DNA of 64,000 nucleotides from an uncultured Candidatus Halobonum sp. (GTDB taxonomy: Archaea; Halobacteriota; Halobacteria; Halobacteriales; Haloferacaceae). Position numbers and translations under genes: made by a program. This document shows positions 18,555 to 28,373 of the stretch, in pieces. The first letter of the stretch is position 1; the number at the start of each line of letters is the position of its first letter. Below the pieces are notes generated by a model. That model ran no database searches. It was not told where the DNA came from and was given only the letters and a program-made list of their open reading frames with translations. Location of the stretch: NCBI GenBank assembly GCA_964502585.1, contig CAZCXJ010000002.1, positions 65,473-129,472 of the forward strand. Direction: 5' to 3'.

Positions 18555-19594
18555 CTGCTCCACTTAGGGCAACCGTCGTCGGCGGGTCAGGTTATGCGGG
18601 GGGCGAACTCCTCCGGCTGCTTGCCGACCATCCGGAGTTCGAAGTCGTCCAGACGACCTCGCGGACGTACGAGCAGCGTACGGTCGGCCACGTCCATCCA
18701 AACCTCCGCGACCTGAGTCTCCGGTTTTCCGACCCGTCCGACCTGGTTCCGGTCGACATCCTCTTTTCGGCGATACCCCACGGCGAGGCGATGGAACGGA
18801 TCGAAGCGTTCCGTGAGGCTGCCGGGACGGTCGTCGATCTCTCTGCGGATTTCCGACTTGAGACCCCCCAGCAGTACGAGGAGTGGTATGACGGCCATTC
18901 GGCTCCCGAGCACCTTTCCGACGCCGTGTACGCTCTCCCCGAGATGGGTCGGGAGGGGTTGGCCGGCGCGAGCCTCATCGCGGCGGGGGGATGTAACGCT
19001 ACGGCCGCGCTGCTTGCGTTGCAACCACTGGCCGACGAAGACCTTTTGACGGGGGAGGATCGCATTGTCGTCGACCTGAAAGTCGGGTCCTCCGAGGGCG
19101 GTGCTGAAAGCGGAAAAGCTGGATCACACGTTGAGCGGACAGGGGTGGTCCGCCCATACGCGCCTACCGGTCACCGGCACGAAGCCGAAATCCAACAGCA
19201 GTTGGGGCTGACCACGATGTTCACCGTTCACGCGGTTGATATGACCCGTGGCGTGGCCGCCACGTGCCACACCTTTCCGGACGGGGCCGTTACGACGGCC
19301 GATCTCTGGAACCTGTACCGAGACACCTATGAGGACGAGCCATTTGTGAGGATCGTTGCGGGGGGCGGGGAAGTCCACCGGTATCCGGAGCCCAAGGCCG
19401 TCGCCGGGACGAATCACGCTGAGGTCGGGTTCGCGGTCGGGCCCAGTAGGAACCGCGTCGTCCTGTTCGCTGCCATCGACAACGTGATGAAGGGAGCGGC
19501 AGGTCAAGCCGTCCACGCGGCGAATCTGGCGTTGGGGTTAGACGAGACGGCCGGACTCGGGTTCAGGGGACTCCATCCGGTGGGTGCGCCATGA
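18551..19594 (+). CDS. argC: N-acetyl-gamma-glutamyl-phosphate reductase homologue (ArgC/LysY)
   Basis: VVGGSGYAGGELLRLL Rossmann N-terminus, catalytic Cys region (AAGGCNATA). Confidence 0.9.
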   Translation: MTAPLRATVVGGSGYAGGELLRLLADHPEFEVVQTTSRTYEQRTVGHVHPNLRDLSLRFSDPSDLVPVDILFSAIPHGEAMERIEAFREAAGTVVDLSADFRLETPQQYEEWYDGHSAPEHLSDAVYALPEMGREGLAGASLIAAGGCNATAALLALQPLADEDLLTGEDRIVVDLKVGSSEGGAESGKAGSHVERTGVVRPYAPTGHRHEAEIQQQLGLTTMFTVHAVDMTRGVAATCHTFPDGAVTTADLWNLYRDTYEDEPFVRIVAGGGEVHRYPEPKAVAGTNHAEVGFAVGPSRNRVVLFAAIDNVMKGAAGQAVHAANLALGLDETAGLGFRGLHPVGAP

Positions 19595-20466
19595 TCGTCG
19601 ACCCCGTTGCCGACGGAGGGAAGCGTCCGCCAGTCGTCGTGAAGATCGGTGGGTCCCGAATCGAAAATCCCGAGGGTGCCATTAGTGACATCGCACATCT
19701 GGTCGCCAACGGTCGTCGGGTCGTAGTTGTGCATGGCGGATCGACGGTAGTCGATACCCTCCTGACTGACCTGGGTCGCGACCCCGAATACGTAGAAACC
19801 CCCGAGGGCGTGACCGGACGGTTCACCGACAACCAGACGATGGAGGTCTTCGAGATGGCCCTCCCGGGAAAGCTCAACACGGAACTCGTCACCGAATTTC
19901 GTCACGCCGGGGTGAACGCTTTCGGCCTTTCGGGTGTCGATGGAGGATTGGTCACCGGAACGCGGAAATCCGCAGTCAGAGTGGTCGAAGACGGGACGGA
20001 GAAGATCAAACGTGGTGACCATGCCGGGAAGCCGGAGACGGTCAATCTCCACGTACTGGAGACACTGATCGACAGCGGCTACGTTCCAGTCATCTCCCCC
20101 CCGATGCTCGCGGACGATGGGGCTGCAGTCAACACCGACGCCGATCGGATGGCGGCTGTCGTGGCAGGCGCCGTCGGTGCGAACCTCGTCGTGTTGACTG
20201 ACGTCGAGGGTGTCAGGGCTGACCCGAATGACGCCAGCACGCTCATCAAGGCAGCTACGACACCTACGGAGCTGGCGGAACTCCGGGAAGTCGCAGAAGG
20301 CTCGATGACTCGGAAAGTGATGGCGGCCACCGAGGCGCTTGAGAACGGCACGAAGGAAGTGATCATCTCTGACGCCGACCTCCGTGATCCTGTCGTCGCA
20401 GCACTGAACGGGGCCGGGACGCGGGTTGAGCGGTCGGCGCTCAGCGAGGAGAACGACCGCAAATGA
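19591..20466 (+). CDS. argB: acetylglutamate kinase homologue (ArgB/LysZ), amino-acid kinase family
   Basis: VVKIGGS...VVVHGGS amino-acid kinase motifs. Confidence 0.9.
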   Translation: MIVDPVADGGKRPPVVVKIGGSRIENPEGAISDIAHLVANGRRVVVVHGGSTVVDTLLTDLGRDPEYVETPEGVTGRFTDNQTMEVFEMALPGKLNTELVTEFRHAGVNAFGLSGVDGGLVTGTRKSAVRVVEDGTEKIKRGDHAGKPETVNLHVLETLIDSGYVPVISPPMLADDGAAVNTDADRMAAVVAGAVGANLVVLTDVEGVRADPNDASTLIKAATTPTELAELREVAEGSMTRKVMAATEALENGTKEVIISDADLRDPVVAALNGAGTRVERSALSEENDRK

Positions 20467-21605
20467 GCGGTGAGGGGTTCGTTTTTTCTGAGAAACCACT
20501 CGGAATCAGGTCCGGGGAGGGCGTTCATTTGTATGGGAGGGATGGAACGGAGTATCTCGATTTCGGTGCTTCGTATGCATGCACGCCCCTCGGGCATTGT
20601 CCCCCGACAGTGGTTAGCGCCATCAAAGAACAAGCCGAAGACCTCCTGTACGTCCAGGGGTCGTATCCCGTGACAGCACGTACGGGGTTGTATCGACGAC
20701 TGGGAGAACTCGCCCCGGGCGAACTATCGAAGGTCTGGCTTTGCAACTCGGGGACAGAAGCGAATGAAGCGGCGATGAAATTCGTCCGAGCGGCGACCGG
20801 ACGGGAACGGATCGTCGCCGCAAAGCGCGGCTTCCACGGCCGCACTCTCGGTGCCCTTGCTCTAACGTGGAAATCTGAATATCGGACGCCGTTCGAGCCG
20901 GTAGCGGGTGGGGTCGAGTTCATCGAGTACGGCGATGAAGAGGCCCTCGTGGACGCAGTGGATGACGACACCGCTGCCCTGTTCCTCGAACCGATCCAAG
21001 GAGAAGGCGGGGTCAATCCGGCCTCGACCGGTTATCTCCGGAAAGCTCGTGAAACGACTGCGGAGACAGGGGCAGCACTCGTCCTTGACGAAATCCAGAC
21101 AGGGCTCGGACGAACTGGCTCGTTGTGGGCCTGCGAGGAGGAAGGGGTGATTCCCGATGTGCTCACGACAGCAAAAGGGATCGCGTCGGGACTCCCTCTG
21201 GGAGCGACTCTCTGTGCGGACTGGATCGCTGCCGACGCGGGGAACCACGGGTCCACCTTCTCGGGGAACCCGGTGGTCGCCGCCGCGGCTGACGCAACCC
21301 TCGAGGAACTCGTGCGCCGTGATCTCCCTGCACAGGCTACCGATACCGGGGAGTATCTCGTGAACCAACTCCGGACGGCAATCGAAACCCATGATCTACC
21401 GGTCCGGGCGGTCCGAGGCGCCGGTCTCATGCTCGGTATCGAGGTGAAGCGGGGATCGACGAGCATCCTACGCGACCTAGCACTGAATCACCAGATTCTG
21501 GCCCTGCCGGCGGGTCGAACCGTCGTCCGTCTGCTCCCACCGTTAGTAGTCGAGAGAGACCACGTCGACCGCGTCGTGGACGGCTTCGTGGAGGTCCTCA
21601 GATGA
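20463..21605 (+). CDS. argD: acetylornithine/LysW-ornithine aminotransferase (ArgD/LysJ)
   Basis: Class III PLP aminotransferase (LVLDEIQTGLGRTG, TTAKGIASGLPLGA). Confidence 0.9.
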   Translation: MSGEGFVFSEKPLGIRSGEGVHLYGRDGTEYLDFGASYACTPLGHCPPTVVSAIKEQAEDLLYVQGSYPVTARTGLYRRLGELAPGELSKVWLCNSGTEANEAAMKFVRAATGRERIVAAKRGFHGRTLGALALTWKSEYRTPFEPVAGGVEFIEYGDEEALVDAVDDDTAALFLEPIQGEGGVNPASTGYLRKARETTAETGAALVLDEIQTGLGRTGSLWACEEEGVIPDVLTTAKGIASGLPLGATLCADWIAADAGNHGSTFSGNPVVAAAADATLEELVRRDLPAQATDTGEYLVNQLRTAIETHDLPVRAVRGAGLMLGIEVKRGSTSILRDLALNHQILALPAGRTVVRLLPPLVVERDHVDRVVDGFVEVLR

Positions 21606-22789
21606 CCACCGGTTCGGGGACGAACGACGGAGAACGAGACCAGGACGCTCAGCAAGAAGCGAGGATGTCGTCTCTCCTTGACGATCCTGGCCGCCGGCTC
21701 CTTTATGACCTCGTATCCATACCCTCGCCGTCAGGAAAAGAAAGAAAGGCGGCCAAACGGCTCGCCGAATTCTTTCATGAACACGGCCGTGACGCCACGA
21801 TCGACCAGGTGGGGAACGTCCGCGCCCCAGCCGACGATGTCGTCCTGCTCACCGGACACCTCGACACCGTTCCGGGGTCGATCCCGGTCCGGGTCACGGA
21901 AGACCCCGGCGGTCACGGGGAAGAGGGACCGGTACTCTGGGGTCGGGGGAGTGTTGACGCGACCGGCGCGCTGGCCGCCATGGCACTGGTAGCCGTTCGG
22001 ACCGGGGTGTCGTTCGCGGGACTTGTCGGTGAGGAGACAGACTCCCGGGGGGCCCGTCACCTCGTCCGCGATCGGGAACCGCCCGAATCGGTAATCAACG
22101 GAGAACCGTCCGGATGGGACGCGGTCACGCTGGGCTATCGCGGGTTTCTCAGCGGGACGTATCGGGTCAAGACCGAAGCGGAACACGACGCCGCCCCGGG
22201 ATCGAATGCCATCGAGTTAGCGATGGACTGGCGGGAGGAGGTCGTGAGTGAAGAACCATCGGAAGGTGCGGATGACGCCTTCAAACAAGTGGCTGCCAGT
22301 CCAGTCGAAATCGAGGGAGGTCGCACGGATGACGGTCTCGCCACTAAGGTGAAGCTGGAAATGGAGTTCCGGATTCCCCCGTCATCCGACATCGAAACCG
22401 TGCAGGAACGTGCTGAGGGACGCCTCGTTGAGGGAACAGTCGAGTGGAATGACCCGATTCCGCCGTGGGAGGCCGCGCCCCGGACATCCGTTGCACGAGC
22501 CTTCCGGGTCGCGATTCGGCAAGCCGGGGGCCAGCCGCGCTTGCTCAGAAAGACCGGGACCGCGGATGCGAACCTGTTTGCCGCGTCCTGGAATGTGCCA
22601 ACGGTCGTCTACGGCCCCGGAGATTCCGCCTTCGACCATGCGCCCGACGAACGGTTGCCGCTTCCCGAGTTCGATCGGTCGGTCGAAGTTCTTCAGGCAG
22701 TCTGCGACCGGCTTTCAGAGGCACCTCAACCACAACACTCGACGGAGCCTGATTCCACAAACGAGACAACCGATCAGACCGAGCCATGA
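21602..22789 (+). CDS. argE: M20-family deacylase (ArgE/LysK)
   Basis: M20 peptidase motifs (GHLDTVP, metal-binding GEETD); possible alternative start at 21665 (MSSLLDD). Confidence 0.8.
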   Translation: MTTGSGTNDGERDQDAQQEARMSSLLDDPGRRLLYDLVSIPSPSGKERKAAKRLAEFFHEHGRDATIDQVGNVRAPADDVVLLTGHLDTVPGSIPVRVTEDPGGHGEEGPVLWGRGSVDATGALAAMALVAVRTGVSFAGLVGEETDSRGARHLVRDREPPESVINGEPSGWDAVTLGYRGFLSGTYRVKTEAEHDAAPGSNAIELAMDWREEVVSEEPSEGADDAFKQVAASPVEIEGGRTDDGLATKVKLEMEFRIPPSSDIETVQERAEGRLVEGTVEWNDPIPPWEAAPRTSVARAFRVAIRQAGGQPRLLRKTGTADANLFAASWNVPTVVYGPGDSAFDHAPDERLPLPEFDRSVEVLQAVCDRLSEAPQPQHSTEPDSTNETTDQTEP

Positions 22790-23718
22790 TTGATCACACC
22801 CCATCGTCCATTGAAACCGCAGTTGAGAGCCCGACCGACTTGCTCGAAATCGATGATCTGACCGCTGCTGAACTCAGTACCATCCTGGATCGATCTGCGA
22901 GTTTAAAATCCGGAACCGACTTGGCGAGGCTCCCGGACCGAACCCTGTCATTGCTCTTCGAGAAGCCATCGACACGGACCAGGGTCTCCTTCGAGACCGG
23001 GATGGCCCAACTTGGGGGTCATGCGATATTCCTCGGCCCGGACGAGATACATCTCGGACACGGGGAACCGTTGAAGGACACTGCCCGGGCGCTCTCGGGA
23101 TACGTCGATGCCATCGTCGCTCGTCTGTTCGACCACGAGGACCTGCGGACGCTGGCCGAATACGCCAGCGTTCCCGTAATTAACGGGTTAACCGACAGAG
23201 CCCACCCGTGCCAGACTCTCGCCGACCTGCTTACGCTCCGAGAGACGTTCGGCGGACTGGATGTAACTGTCGCATGGATAGGAGCCGGGAACAACGTCGC
23301 CCGGTCGTTCGCTCTCGGGTGTGCTCTCGCCGACATCGAACTTATCGTAGCAACGCCAGAGGGTTACGGGTTCGACGAGGCACTGCTCAAGCGCGCTGCT
23401 TCGATCGGCCGCTCACCGACCATGGTCCAGTCGCCACGAAGTGCCGTTCTGGATGCGGATGTCGTCTACACGGACGTCTGGGTGAGCATGGGACAGGAGG
23501 GCGAGCGGGCGGAGCGCCTGGCAGCCTTCGAAGGGTATCAGATGAACAGTGACTTGCTTGCTGGGACGGACAGCAAAGTAATGCACTGCCTTCCGGCTCA
23601 TCGTGGTGAGGAAATAACAGATGAGGTCCTGGAGTCAGACCGCGCGCTCGTCTGGCGACAGGCGGAAAACAGGCTTCATACCCAGAAAGGGTTACTAGTC
23701 GAACTACTTGGACCATAG
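22786..23718 (+). CDS. argF: ornithine carbamoyltransferase
   Basis: STRTRVSFE carbamoyl-phosphate binding motif and HCLPAHRGEE ornithine-binding motif. Confidence 0.9.
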   Translation: MIDHTPSSIETAVESPTDLLEIDDLTAAELSTILDRSASLKSGTDLARLPDRTLSLLFEKPSTRTRVSFETGMAQLGGHAIFLGPDEIHLGHGEPLKDTARALSGYVDAIVARLFDHEDLRTLAEYASVPVINGLTDRAHPCQTLADLLTLRETFGGLDVTVAWIGAGNNVARSFALGCALADIELIVATPEGYGFDEALLKRAASIGRSPTMVQSPRSAVLDADVVYTDVWVSMGQEGERAERLAAFEGYQMNSDLLAGTDSKVMHCLPAHRGEEITDEVLESDRALVWRQAENRLHTQKGLLVELLGP

Positions 23719-23783
23719 TCGGAACCGTTCGGACCTGATCTCCGTTCCCGAGCGTTGAAGCCCCCCCAGGGCCTATCACGGAC

Positions 23784-25964
23784 GTGGAATCTGGGGGTCT
23801 CGATACCGACTACGCTCCGTTTTTCCCATACTCAGAGCCGTATCCGAACCAGCGGGAAGCGATGGACCGGATCGACGAGACCCTGTCGCACGGACGGGAC
23901 GTGCTGTTGGAGGGGGCACCGGGCACTGGGAAGACGCTGGCTGCCCTCGCGCCCGCGCTAGCACATGCACGAGAGCACGATCGCACGGTGGTGATCACGA
24001 CGAATGTTCACCAACAGACGAGACAGTTCATCGAAGACGCGCGGGCAATCAACGCCGCCGAACCGATCAACGCCGTCGTCTTTCGAGGCAAGGCCGCAAT
24101 GTGTCATATCGACGTGGACTTCCGTGAGTGTCAAGCACTCCGGGACACGACCCGTTCGCTCGTCGAGGACGAGGCTGACAAGCGACAGTTGGAGCAACGG
24201 AGTAGTGAGCTGCTCGAGGAACTGCGCGAGGAGGGCGAAGAAGCGGTCGCAGAGGCGCGAGCGGCCGTTCAAGAGGAGATCAGGACTCTAGAGAAGTCCA
24301 TCGAAGACCAGTCAGCCAACGTCTGCGATTACTTTCGAGCAAACCTCACGAGAGATACTGACGAGTTCTTCGAGTGGTTGTTCGCCGACGTCCGAACGCC
24401 CGACGAGATATACGAGCATGCCGGACGAAACGGGTTCTGCGGATACGAGTTACTGAAGGAGGGGATGGAGCACGTGGAGTTGGTCATATGTAACTACAAT
24501 CACCTGCTTGATCCGACAATCAGGGAGCAGTTCTTTCGCTGGCTCGATCGTGACCCTCAGCAGGTTATCACCGTATTCGATGAAGCGCACAACGTCCCGG
24601 CGGCCGCCCGCGACCACGCGTCACGAACGCTCACCGAGAACACGCTCGAATCCGCACTCGCCGAACTGAACGACGTCGATGACCCCCGTAAGGAGCCGGC
24701 CCGGAACGTCCTCGAAGCGTTCCTCACGGCACTCCGAGACACGTATGAGGAGGTGCTGGGCTTCGGAGGCAAGGAGGCCGTCGGTGACTCCTGGGAAGAC
24801 GTTCCGGTCGCAAACAAGGAACGACGGGACGATCTGACTCTCGCGTTCCTCGAACGGTACGAGGGAACCGGCATCGGACCCGAACTCGATCTGGCGCTTC
24901 AACTCGGCAAACGCCTCGATCGGGAGTACGAGGAAGCGTACAAGCAAGGGGATGCGACGACGCGCCGCGAGTCGCACGTACTCGACTCAGCCGCCTTCGT
25001 GTCGTCATGGATGGACGAAAGTGACGAACTCGGTCAACACCCAACCTGTGGTGTGCGTCGGGACGCAGGCACTGGCGAGGTGTACGGGCGGGCTGAGCTG
25101 TATACGGCGATCCCACGGCGCGTGACCGAACCGCTGTTCGACGAGGTGTACGCATCCATACTGATGAGTGCGACCCTCAGGCCGTTCGATGTGGTCGAGG
25201 ACGTTCTGGGGCTGAACTCGCCGGCAACCCTGGCGTACGGATTGGAGTATCCACAGCAGAACCGGCGAACGTACGCGGTATCGACCCCCGCACTCTTCGC
25301 CAGCGAACGGGACGATCCAGCAGTCCAAGAAACGGTCGCGACGGCACTTTCGGACCTCGTCCGGTTGACTCCTGGAAATAGCCTCCTCTTTTTTCCTTCG
25401 TACGCGGAGGCCAGTCGGTATCACGAACTGCTGTCGAGTGACCCGCGGCTCGGTGAACTCATGCTGGACGAAGCGGACGAACGGGCCGAGAACCTCCGCC
25501 GTGAGTTAGTGGCGAGCGACGACGCCACCCTGTTCACCTCACTTTGGGGCACGCTGGGTGAAGGCGTGAGCTACGACGGGGATGCGGCACGGACAGTAGG
25601 GGTCGTCGGGGTTCCATATCCCCATCTTTCGGAGCGCCTGGAGGCCGTCCAAGAGGCGTATCAGCGCGCGTTTGCTGCCCGGACGGGGGACGCCGGATGG
25701 AAATACGCCGTCGAAGTGCCGACAATCAGGAAAACGCGCCAGGCGTTGGGACGTGTCATCCGTTCCCCGGATGATTTCGGGATCCGGGTCTTACTTGACG
25801 AGCGGTACACCGACACCGACATGGGTCGTTACTCCGTTCGTGACACGTTTCCGCCGGAGGAACGTGCGGAACTGATCGACATCACTCCGGAGAAACTGAA
25901 GTACGCGATCCTGAACTTCTATTCTGATCACGAAGCATACGACGGCACCCAGCCTGAGCCGTGA
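23784..25964 (+). CDS. ATP-dependent DNA helicase, XPD/Rad3 (DinG) family
   Basis: 726 aa; Walker A GAPGTGKT, 4-Cys FeS-domain candidates (MCHID, RECQ, NVCDYF, GFCGYE), DEAH-box VFDEAHN, C-terminal helicase domain. Confidence 0.8.
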   Translation: MESGGLDTDYAPFFPYSEPYPNQREAMDRIDETLSHGRDVLLEGAPGTGKTLAALAPALAHAREHDRTVVITTNVHQQTRQFIEDARAINAAEPINAVVFRGKAAMCHIDVDFRECQALRDTTRSLVEDEADKRQLEQRSSELLEELREEGEEAVAEARAAVQEEIRTLEKSIEDQSANVCDYFRANLTRDTDEFFEWLFADVRTPDEIYEHAGRNGFCGYELLKEGMEHVELVICNYNHLLDPTIREQFFRWLDRDPQQVITVFDEAHNVPAAARDHASRTLTENTLESALAELNDVDDPRKEPARNVLEAFLTALRDTYEEVLGFGGKEAVGDSWEDVPVANKERRDDLTLAFLERYEGTGIGPELDLALQLGKRLDREYEEAYKQGDATTRRESHVLDSAAFVSSWMDESDELGQHPTCGVRRDAGTGEVYGRAELYTAIPRRVTEPLFDEVYASILMSATLRPFDVVEDVLGLNSPATLAYGLEYPQQNRRTYAVSTPALFASERDDPAVQETVATALSDLVRLTPGNSLLFFPSYAEASRYHELLSSDPRLGELMLDEADERAENLRRELVASDDATLFTSLWGTLGEGVSYDGDAARTVGVVGVPYPHLSERLEAVQEAYQRAFAARTGDAGWKYAVEVPTIRKTRQALGRVIRSPDDFGIRVLLDERYTDTDMGRYSVRDTFPPEERAELIDITPEKLKYAILNFYSDHEAYDGTQPEP

Positions 25965-26040
25965 ACCCGCTCGGTCCCAGGCTCCTTGCAGGCTCTGGGC
26001 GAGACTGAGCGGGCGGCTGCCGGCAACAGGCCGCTGTTGC

Positions 26041-26877
26041 TCAGAGATCAGCCTCTTCGAACCGCCACAGGCCGAGCAACGGGGGGACGATCAGCCAGGC
26101 GGCCAGCATCGAGAACGCCGCGAGTTGCATCTCGACGGATCGTATCCCTTCCGCATTGGAGAACAGCGATCCTGCCATGAAGGCGTTGACGACGATCTTA
26201 AACGAGCCGGTTGGATTCAACAACTGAAGGAAATCGAACAGCTCTGAGCCTTCGATCGGGAGCCAATCAGGACCACCGCCAAGCCCAAGGTACAACTGGA
26301 GCGGGAACTGGATCACCCCCCATAACGGGACGAACAGGAAATAGATCCCGACAGCGCCTCCGATCGCGAGCCGCTGGGAGGACATCGCTGCCGAAAACCC
26401 GACGGCGATGGCGACGAAGGTGGCCGCCAACAACGCCGTCAGTAGCGTGTAACCGATGTAGAACCCGGGGCGGAACGTGATACGGGGGGCGATAATGAGC
26501 AAGAAACCGGGGAGAAGGAACCCAATGAACACGGGCGCTGCGATGGCGCCTGCTCGCCCGATCACCTTTCCGAAGACGACGTCTGCTCGTGAATGAGGTA
26601 ATGACAGGAGGAGTTTCAGCGAGCCGGATTCCCGTTCGCCGACGACGGCCCCGTATGCGACTACCAGCGCGATCAGGGGGATAAGCGTGGTTACTAGGCC
26701 ATCCTTGATGAGGATGAAGTTGACGACGGCGTTCGAAGAGGCGGTTTCGCCAGCGGCCGGCCGGACGAAATACACGGCGAGTGACACCAGTCCGACGAAC
26801 AGAGCCGAGAGTGCAAGCAGCCACCGTGACCTGACGGCGTCTTCGAAGTCCTTACGGGCGACAGCTTCGACGCTCAT
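26041..26877 (-). CDS. ABC-2 family transporter permease
   Basis: 278 aa, six predicted TM helices; start overlaps the ATPase gene stop. Confidence 0.75.
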   Translation of the reverse strand: MSVEAVARKDFEDAVRSRWLLALSALFVGLVSLAVYFVRPAAGETASSNAVVNFILIKDGLVTTLIPLIALVVAYGAVVGERESGSLKLLLSLPHSRADVVFGKVIGRAGAIAAPVFIGFLLPGFLLIIAPRITFRPGFYIGYTLLTALLAATFVAIAVGFSAAMSSQRLAIGGAVGIYFLFVPLWGVIQFPLQLYLGLGGGPDWLPIEGSELFDFLQLLNPTGSFKIVVNAFMAGSLFSNAEGIRSVEMQLAAFSMLAAWLIVPPLLGLWRFEEADL

Positions 26878-27821
26878 TCTGCTGTCGCCTCCGTGCTCTG
26901 AGCCGGGTTAGTTTGGCCGTCTGACTCGGTGTACGCGAGGAACAGGTCCTCCAGCGAGGTCTCGCCGGTTTCGAAATCCTTCACGCTGACGCCCTGGTCT
27001 TCAAGCGTCGACATCACGCTCATTTTGACTTCACTCGTACAGGAGACGGTAACCGTACCGCCGTCCGTTTCGGCCGCTGAGACGCCATCCAACGCCCGGA
27101 CTGCTTCGAGCTGGTCGCTGGATGCGGCATCCACCGTGATTTTCAGCTGTTGTTCACCGCCGACCGCGTCACGGAGCCCGTCGATACTGTCCTCTGCCAC
27201 CAGCGTTCCTTCCCGGAGGATGCCGACACGATCACAGACTGCCTCAACCTGCCCCAAGACATGGCTGGAAAAGAAGACGGTCGCACCCCGGGCAGCCTCC
27301 TCCCGCGCGATGTCACGCATCTCCTTCGCGCCTGCAGGATCGAGTCCGGTCGAGGGTTCGTCGAGGATTAGTAACTGGGGCTCGCCCACCAAGGCCATTC
27401 CGAGCGCGAGTCGCTGTTTCATACCTTTCGAGTAATCACCGGCCTTCCGATCAGCGGCATCCGCTATCCCTACACGTTCCAGAGTGGCCATCGGATCGGT
27501 GTCGACCCCTTTCGACCGCATGGCGAACTCAACGTGCTTTCGACCAGTCAGTCGATTGTACACGTCGTAACCCTCGGGGAGCACGCCGGTCCGTCGGCGT
27601 ATCTCGACGCTTTCCGCCTGGGCATCGCGAGATAGGACCCGGACAGTCCCGCTGGAGGGCCTGACGAAATCGAGGATCATGTTGATTGTCGTCGACTTGC
27701 CGGCGCCGTTGGGGCCGAGAAACCCGAATACGGTCCCCTCCTCGATCGTTAGGTCGAGGTCACGGACGGCGGTCACGTCGCCGAACCGCTTCGTGACGCC
27801 TGACAGTTCGATAGCGGGCAT
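26874..27821 (-). CDS. ABC transporter ATP-binding protein
   Basis: Start at MPAIELSGVTKRFG; Walker A GPNGAGKST, signature LSGGQ-like YSKGMKQRLAL, Walker B ILDEPSTGLD. The ORF is open further upstream to 27974, but that extension is non-proteinaceous. Confidence 0.85.
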   Translation of the reverse strand: MPAIELSGVTKRFGDVTAVRDLDLTIEEGTVFGFLGPNGAGKSTTINMILDFVRPSSGTVRVLSRDAQAESVEIRRRTGVLPEGYDVYNRLTGRKHVEFAMRSKGVDTDPMATLERVGIADAADRKAGDYSKGMKQRLALGMALVGEPQLLILDEPSTGLDPAGAKEMRDIAREEAARGATVFFSSHVLGQVEAVCDRVGILREGTLVAEDSIDGLRDAVGGEQQLKITVDAASSDQLEAVRALDGVSAAETDGGTVTVSCTSEVKMSVMSTLEDQGVSVKDFETGETSLEDLFLAYTESDGQTNPAQSTEATAE

Positions 27822-27919
27822 AGGTCCGTTTTCTTCTGTTGCGTGATAAAGGGTTTCGGCTCGTGTCCGTCCGGTCGGGAGATCCCCCGGTGACTGCAAA
27901 GCTTTAGTCCCAACCGCTC

Positions 27920-28351
27920 TTGGGAGGGTGCATGAACTATCGGGAGGTCGAGGCGACGAGCGAATATCTTGCACGCCTCGAGACGGGGGCCGACTGGCGA
28001 GGGGAAATCGAGGACTTCGCGGTCGAGCGGGACATCGACGCCGCGTGGTTCAATGCTATGGGGGCCGTTCGAGACGCAGAGGTGTGGTTCTACGATCAGG
28101 AAGAGAAGGAATACCGGGCAGTGGAATTCGAGGAACCGCTCGAGGTGGCTGCCTGTGTCGGGAACGTAGGGTTGCTGGACGGGGAGCCCTTCGCTCATAC
28201 TCACGCCGTGCTCTCCCGACCCAGCGGGCAGTCACTGGCAGGACATCTCAATCGTGCCGAAGTGTTCGCAGGCGAGGTCCATCTCCGCGTTTTCGAGACA
28301 CCATTAGAGCGGGAGTACGATCCCACGACAGGTCTGGACCTGTGGCTGTGA
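27920..28351 (+). CDS. PPC/DUF296-like domain protein
   Basis: 143 aa; pattern characteristic of PCC (plants and prokaryotes conserved) domain proteins; possibly starts at 27932 (MNYREV). Confidence 0.5.
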   Translation: MGGCMNYREVEATSEYLARLETGADWRGEIEDFAVERDIDAAWFNAMGAVRDAEVWFYDQEEKEYRAVEFEEPLEVAACVGNVGLLDGEPFAHTHAVLSRPSGQSLAGHLNRAEVFAGEVHLRVFETPLEREYDPTTGLDLWL

Positions 28352-28373
28352 ATCGATATCTTGGTGACAGTAT

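Noticed and set aside
27822-27974. 51-aa N-terminal extension of the ABC ATPase ORF
   Set aside because: Ser/Pro/Arg-rich and upstream of the conserved MPAIELSG start; likely 5' UTR read-through.
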